From the NCBI GenBank assembly GCA_963806185.1, contig CAWDXE010000001.1, positions 768,001 through 832,000 on the forward strand: a stretch of DNA of 64,000 bases, written 5' to 3'. Made by a program: the position numbers and the translations under genes. Shown one piece after another: positions 59,813-64,000 of this stretch. This DNA is from an uncultured candidate division Zixibacteria bacterium. GTDB taxonomy: Bacteria > Zixibacteria > MSB-5A5 > GN15 > FEB-12. The number at the start of each line of letters is the position of its first letter. The first letter of the stretch is position 1. Below the pieces are notes generated by a model that saw only the letters and a list, made by a program, of their open reading frames with translations, was not told the origin of the DNA and made no database searches.

Positions 59813-59924
59813 GGCACTCCTCATTTGGAACGGTTCAGCTATGCGAAAGCATCAAACCCCGGATCCCGGGACCCTCATAATAGACAATTGACCGCTTAGC
59901 CGGGCAAGATAAAAAGGAGAAGTC

Positions 59925-60200
59925 TTTGTCATTCCGGACCGAAGGTCCGGAATCCATGGGGTCAACCCTGACGGCGAACGAAGACATGCGTGGCGTATGT
60001 CCCGTGCGCCAGTGCCCCCTCGTCATCCTGAATCATTCCCCCCTTCATCATCCTGAATCATTCCCATGATTCAGGATCTCGTTGTCCACCGTCCTCTCGA
60101 TCCTGTCATTGCGCCGCTCGCTTCCCGCCCCCAAGTCATTGCGAGGCTCGCTTCTTAGCGAGCCGTGGCAATCTCAAATCACCCGACGTCATTCCGCCCT
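59925..60200. repeat. Mosaic cluster of REP-like palindromes (cluster 4)
   Basis: GTCATTCCGGAC-CGAAG-GTCCGGAATCC, GGCGTATGTCCCGTGCGCC, TCATCCTGAATCA..TGATTCAGGATCTC and GTCATTGCGAG..CGTGGCAATCTC. Confidence 0.85.
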
Positions 60201-60261
60201 TCCCCATAGCACAACTTCGGCGTGAGCAGGACAACACGATCGGTACATACTAGCGCGGCAC

Positions 60262-60726
60262 TCATCGATAAATAATGACCCGCGTCCTCGCTGCTCGATC
60301 GCCGAACCGCGCCCTTTCGGCGGATGTGAGAATGAGTATTACGCCGAGGATGTTCAACGCGGGGAGCGCGTCGACGAAACGCAGGAGATTTCTCACCAGC
60401 GCCGCCGGCAGTCCGGGACGACGGCCATCGAGTCCCACCACCCGAAGACCCAGCACCCGCTTCCCGATAGTAGCGCCAAACATCCCCTCCGCCAGTACGA
60501 AATACAGCACCATCACAACCAGGAATATCACGCACAACGGATCGGTCACCATCCACCATCCGTGGGTCCACTCATGCTCCGAGCGGCTCATGATCCAGAC
60601 CCCTTTTACTACTCTGGTAACAGGGAAGAAGACAAGACACAAGACGAAGAGATCAACAGCGAGAGCCGCGAAACGACGCCCGAGGCCGCCATATGTGAAT
60701 GTTGCTGCTTGAGCTGGCAATCTCAT
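60262..60726 (-). CDS. RDD family membrane protein
   Basis: RRFAALAVD, GATIGKRVLGLRVV, RNLLRFVD and RFGDRAARTRV. Confidence 0.9.
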   Translation of the reverse strand: MRLPAQAATFTYGGLGRRFAALAVDLFVLCLVFFPVTRVVKGVWIMSRSEHEWTHGWWMVTDPLCVIFLVVMVLYFVLAEGMFGATIGKRVLGLRVVGLDGRRPGLPAALVRNLLRFVDALPALNILGVILILTSAERARFGDRAARTRVIIYR

Positions 60727-60792
60727 ACGCCATCCTCACCCCCAATTGATTCAAGATAGAGTAGTTCAACAACTCGAACAACTACCCACCTC

Positions 60793-61295
60793 GTAGGTCA
60801 GGATCCCCGCTTCTTAGCGGGTGATCCTGACGTTCTGTTCTGGGCTGAGCGAGGTCGAAGTGCGACGATCGCCCACAAACCCCTCGTCACAGTCATTGCG
60901 AGGCGCGTTTCGCGCCGTGGCAATCTTTCAGTTCTCTTCCCCCTCTCCCACTGGGAGAGAGCTGGGGTGAGGGCCGATAGGGACCTCGACATCACACGAC
61001 TCTCACAAAGACAAAGACGTCGCACTGAGCGAAGTCGAAGTGCGACGATCACCCACAAACCCCTCGTTACGGTCATTGCGAGGCGCGCTTCGCGCCGTGG
61101 CAATCTTTCAGTTCTCTTCTCTTCCCCCTCTCCCTCTGAGAGAGGGCTGGGGTGAGGGCTGCTTGGGACCTCGACATCACACGGCTCTCACAAAGACAAA
61201 AACGTCGCACTGAGCGAAGTCGAAGTGCGATTGTGCGGGCCCCCCGTGCATGTTCCGTCAAGTCCTGCGACGCTTCTTAGCGGCGTGTGACCGGA
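60793..61295. repeat. REP cluster 5, including an approximately 180-bp tandem duplication
   Basis: Units start with CTGAGCGA(A/G)GTCGAAGTGCGA at 60845, 61025 and 61210. Confidence 0.9.
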
Positions 61296-61539
61296 CGGTT
61301 ACCCGGACTCTGGGTCGCACCCCCTCGCGCATTGCACCACGGCAATTGGCCGGTGCGGCGCCACACACTACTAATGCCTGAAACTCCGGCCTGCTATCCA
61401 ACGTTGAATAGATAGATATCCGTTAACGATAGAGCGCGTGCAAACCTCTTATCAGGATGTCTGGGTGAGCGAGGGATTGCTCGCCCGCCTATTCTCAGCG
61501 TTGTCGGGCCACACCACCTGACAACTTTTGAAATAGAAG

Positions 61540-61575
61540 ACGCGGCGCCCGAGCATCACTGTTCCGGCGCCGCGT
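61540..61575. terminator. Hairpin after fumC, probable terminator
   Basis: 10-bp stem ACGCGGCGCC/GGCGCCGCGT with AT-rich flanks. Confidence 0.65.
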
Positions 61576-61588
61576 ATATTTTTGAGTC

Positions 61589-62992
61589 TTACTTCTTCGC
61601 CCCGCGATTGGGATACGTCATCTCTTCCGGCCGTACTTTCTGGTCGAATTCCTCGGCCGTCAACAGCCCCAGCGACACGGCCGCTTCCTTGAGCGTGATG
61701 TGCTCTTTGTGCGCCTTCTTCGCCACCTTGGCCGCATTGTCATATCCGATATACGGATTGAGCGCTGTCACCAGCATCAGCGAACTCTCCAGATGCTTTG
61801 TGATCACCCGCATATTCGGTTCAATCCCCACGGCGCAATGCTCGTTGAACATCTCACATGAATCCGCCAGCAGGCGAATCGACTGAAGCACATTGTGGAT
61901 GATGAGTGGCTTAAATACGTTGAGTTCAAAGTTCCCTGAGGCCCCGCCAATATTCACCGCTACATCATTACCCAGTACCTGCGCGCAGGCCATCGTCATG
62001 GCCTCCGGCTGAGTGGGGTTCACCTTGCCTGGCATGATCGATGACCCCGGCTCATTCTCCGGAATCGTAATCTCACCGATACCGCACCGCGGCCCCGACG
62101 CAAGCCAGCGAATGTCATTGGCAATCTTGAAGAATGATACCGCCAGCGTCTTGAGCTGGCCATGGCACTCCACCAGCGCATCATGCGTCGCCAACGCCTC
62201 AAATTTGTTCGGCGCCGTCACGAACGGCTTGCCTGTCTCTTTGGCGATCGCCGCCGCCACTCTCACCGCAAACTCCGGGTGCGTATTCAACCCGGTCCCG
62301 ACCGCCGTGCCGCCGATCGCCAGCGGATAGAGCCGCTTGAGTGCGTCGTGTAACCGCTCAAGCCCGTTGGTCAGCGCCTGCACATACCCCGAAATTTCCT
62401 GCCCCAACGTCAGCGGTGTCGCATCCATCAGGTGCGTCCGCCCCATCTTAATGATACTGTCAAACTCCTCGGACTTTTTCGCCAGCGTGTCGCGAAGCTG
62501 TGTCACCATCGGAATCAGGCGACGATGTATCTCCTCTACCGTGGCTATGTGCATGGCGGTCGGAAAGGTGTCGTTCGACGACTGTGCCTTGTTGACGTCG
62601 TCATTCGGATGGATCGGCTTCTTGGAACCCATCACGCCACCAGCCAACTCGATTGCCCGATTGGAAATGACCTCGTTGGCGTTCATGTTGGTCTGGGTCC
62701 CCGAACCGGTCTGCCAGATTACCAGCGGAAAGTGCTCGTCCAGTTTCCCCGAAACCACTTCCTCCGCCGCTCTTACGATCAGATCGCCTTTCTCCTTCGG
62801 CAGAATTCCCAGTTCCACATTGACGATGGCCGAAGCTTTCTTCAGAATACCCAGCGCCCGAATCAACTCACGAGGCATCCGCTCACCGCTGATCCGGAAA
62901 TGGAACAGCGAGCGAGCTGTCTGGGCGCCGTAATATTTGTCAGTAGGTACTTGTATCTCCCCCATCGAATCCGTCTCGGTACGATAGGACAT
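61589..62992 (-). CDS. fumC: Class II fumarate hydratase
   Basis: [41 protein letters not shown] and [11 protein letters not shown]. Confidence 0.98.
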   Translation of the reverse strand: MSYRTETDSMGEIQVPTDKYYGAQTARSLFHFRISGERMPRELIRALGILKKASAIVNVELGILPKEKGDLIVRAAEEVVSGKLDEHFPLVIWQTGSGTQTNMNANEVISNRAIELAGGVMGSKKPIHPNDDVNKAQSSNDTFPTAMHIATVEEIHRRLIPMVTQLRDTLAKKSEEFDSIIKMGRTHLMDATPLTLGQEISGYVQALTNGLERLHDALKRLYPLAIGGTAVGTGLNTHPEFAVRVAAAIAKETGKPFVTAPNKFEALATHDALVECHGQLKTLAVSFFKIANDIRWLASGPRCGIGEITIPENEPGSSIMPGKVNPTQPEAMTMACAQVLGNDVAVNIGGASGNFELNVFKPLIIHNVLQSIRLLADSCEMFNEHCAVGIEPNMRVITKHLESSLMLVTALNPYIGYDNAAKVAKKAHKEHITLKEAAVSLGLLTAEEFDQKVRPEEMTYPNRGAKK

Positions 62993-63309
62993 AGCCGCCT
63001 CCTTCTTGTACAAAACTTCTCAGACCTTCATTGGTCGGAATATACTCGTTGCCTGATTAGGAGCAAGTCGCGAGGGCTACTGCTTTTCAGTCGCCGGCCC
63101 AGAGTGAGTAGAGTTGAGGAAGAGTCGTTTGGGTCGCCTGATCTTTTTTCAGCAAATTAGGATAGATTCCCTCCCGATCCACCAGTACCGCAAAGCAACG
63201 CTTTGAGTTATCCAATAAGCCGATCGCCGGGACTGACTCAATCTGAGTTCCTCGCGGATCGATAATTCATTCTGTGTGCCGTCGTTTCTCAGCCAAAATG
63301 CAGGCCGGA

Positions 63310-64000
63310 CTACTTGACCTCCGACTCAGCGAGAACCGAGCCGAACGGATTCGCTATCACATGACGAGGTTCTGACGGCAACGTCGGAAATTCAAACGTA
63401 ACCGATGGCTGATTGACCTCGATGCGAGCATACCATCGCCCTTCACCGTCGAACTCAATCTCGATCGGGAAATACATCTTGAAATGTTCCGGTATACCCG
63501 AGCTGGAGATCTGCCCCGTTGCCACCCAGGCACTCCCTTCGCCTGCTCGCGTGGTGTACGTCACCGTATACTTGGGAATATCGCTCCCGTAGACCCACTG
63601 CCGGAAAAACCACCTCATATCCTGACCCGCATGCCGTTCGATTACCTGCCGAAACAGTTCGGTGGTGGCATCCTTGTTCCGCAGGAGCGTCACATAATCG
63701 CGCATGGTGGCCAGGTAGGTGTCCTCACGAAGATTCTCAAGATCCAACAGCATATGCCGCAGCATGTGCAGAACATAAGCCCCCTTCAAATACACGATCA
63801 CGTCCATATCCCCGGCCGACTTGCTCGTCGCCGTCCGATATCCCAGCGCCACCGGCCCCGGATCCTGCCTTTGCCCCAACGTGTATTGACTCAGTGAAAT
63901 GATCTCTTTGCGTGCTTGATCCACAAAACTGAGAAACTGCCCTTGTCCTACCGCCGTCTGCAAGTACCACATCCCGCAATACGTCGACAATCCATCGGAT
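63310..64000 (-). CDS. M1 family aminopeptidase, C-terminal part (runs off window end)
   Basis: VYLKGAYVLHMLR and DMRWFFRQWVYG..IP. Confidence 0.8.
   Translation of the reverse strand, partial: SDGLSTYCGMWYLQTAVGQGQFLSFVDQARKEIISLSQYTLGQRQDPGPVALGYRTATSKSAGDMDVIVYLKGAYVLHMLRHMLLDLENLREDTYLATMRDYVTLLRNKDATTELFRQVIERHAGQDMRWFFRQWVYGSDIPKYTVTYTTRAGEGSAWVATGQISSSGIPEHFKMYFPIEIEFDGEGRWYARIEVNQPSVTFEFPTLPSEPRHVIANPFGSVLAESEVK

Noticed and set aside
60845..61230. Regularly spaced 21-nt repeats as a CRISPR array
   Set aside because: The intervening sequences are about 160 nt and nearly identical to each other, and there are no cas genes. This is a tandem duplication of REPs.

Overview
Core-plus-accessory chromosomal segment of a GC-rich diderm bacterium. 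A PNPFN-type C-terminal sorting domain, a PASTA-only protein and the ybbR-tsaD linkage suggest an FCB-related lineage such as Zixibacteria; this is inference only. Contents in order: a partial DUF853 ATPase; an ABC-2 exporter and a fatty-acid hydroxylase; an Asp-box propeller lipoprotein; a complete nine-gene heme operon (hemA-C-D-B-L-E-N-H-Y) behind a Rex/CRP-like box; an Rrf2-hemerythrin-qNor nitric-oxide module; an M14 peptidase; a diheme cytochrome and an ImcH-like heptaheme cytochrome with an FNR-like box; ettA; ispG; yraN-rnhB-rsmD; ffh-rpsP-khpA-rimM-trmD-rplS; ada-ogt; rsmB; a TIGR03960-like radical SAM protein; tsaD; an RLAN / RimK ATP-grasp / GNAT-C39 peptidase / archease cluster; a helical lipoprotein plus L,D-transpeptidase cluster; a porin; aqpZ; an RDD protein; fumC; and a partial M1 peptidase. 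The lipoprotein-transpeptidase cluster looks like a Braun-lipoprotein-analogous envelope tethering system and is the best candidate for an undescribed system. Five intergenic regions hold mosaics of REP-like palindromes. Many genes, including essential ones, carry 1-2 nt indels that are most likely assembly errors. Correcting them by eye reveals a seventh heme motif, a Walker A motif and a C-terminal Lys. No rRNA, tRNA, CRISPR array or transposase was recognised.
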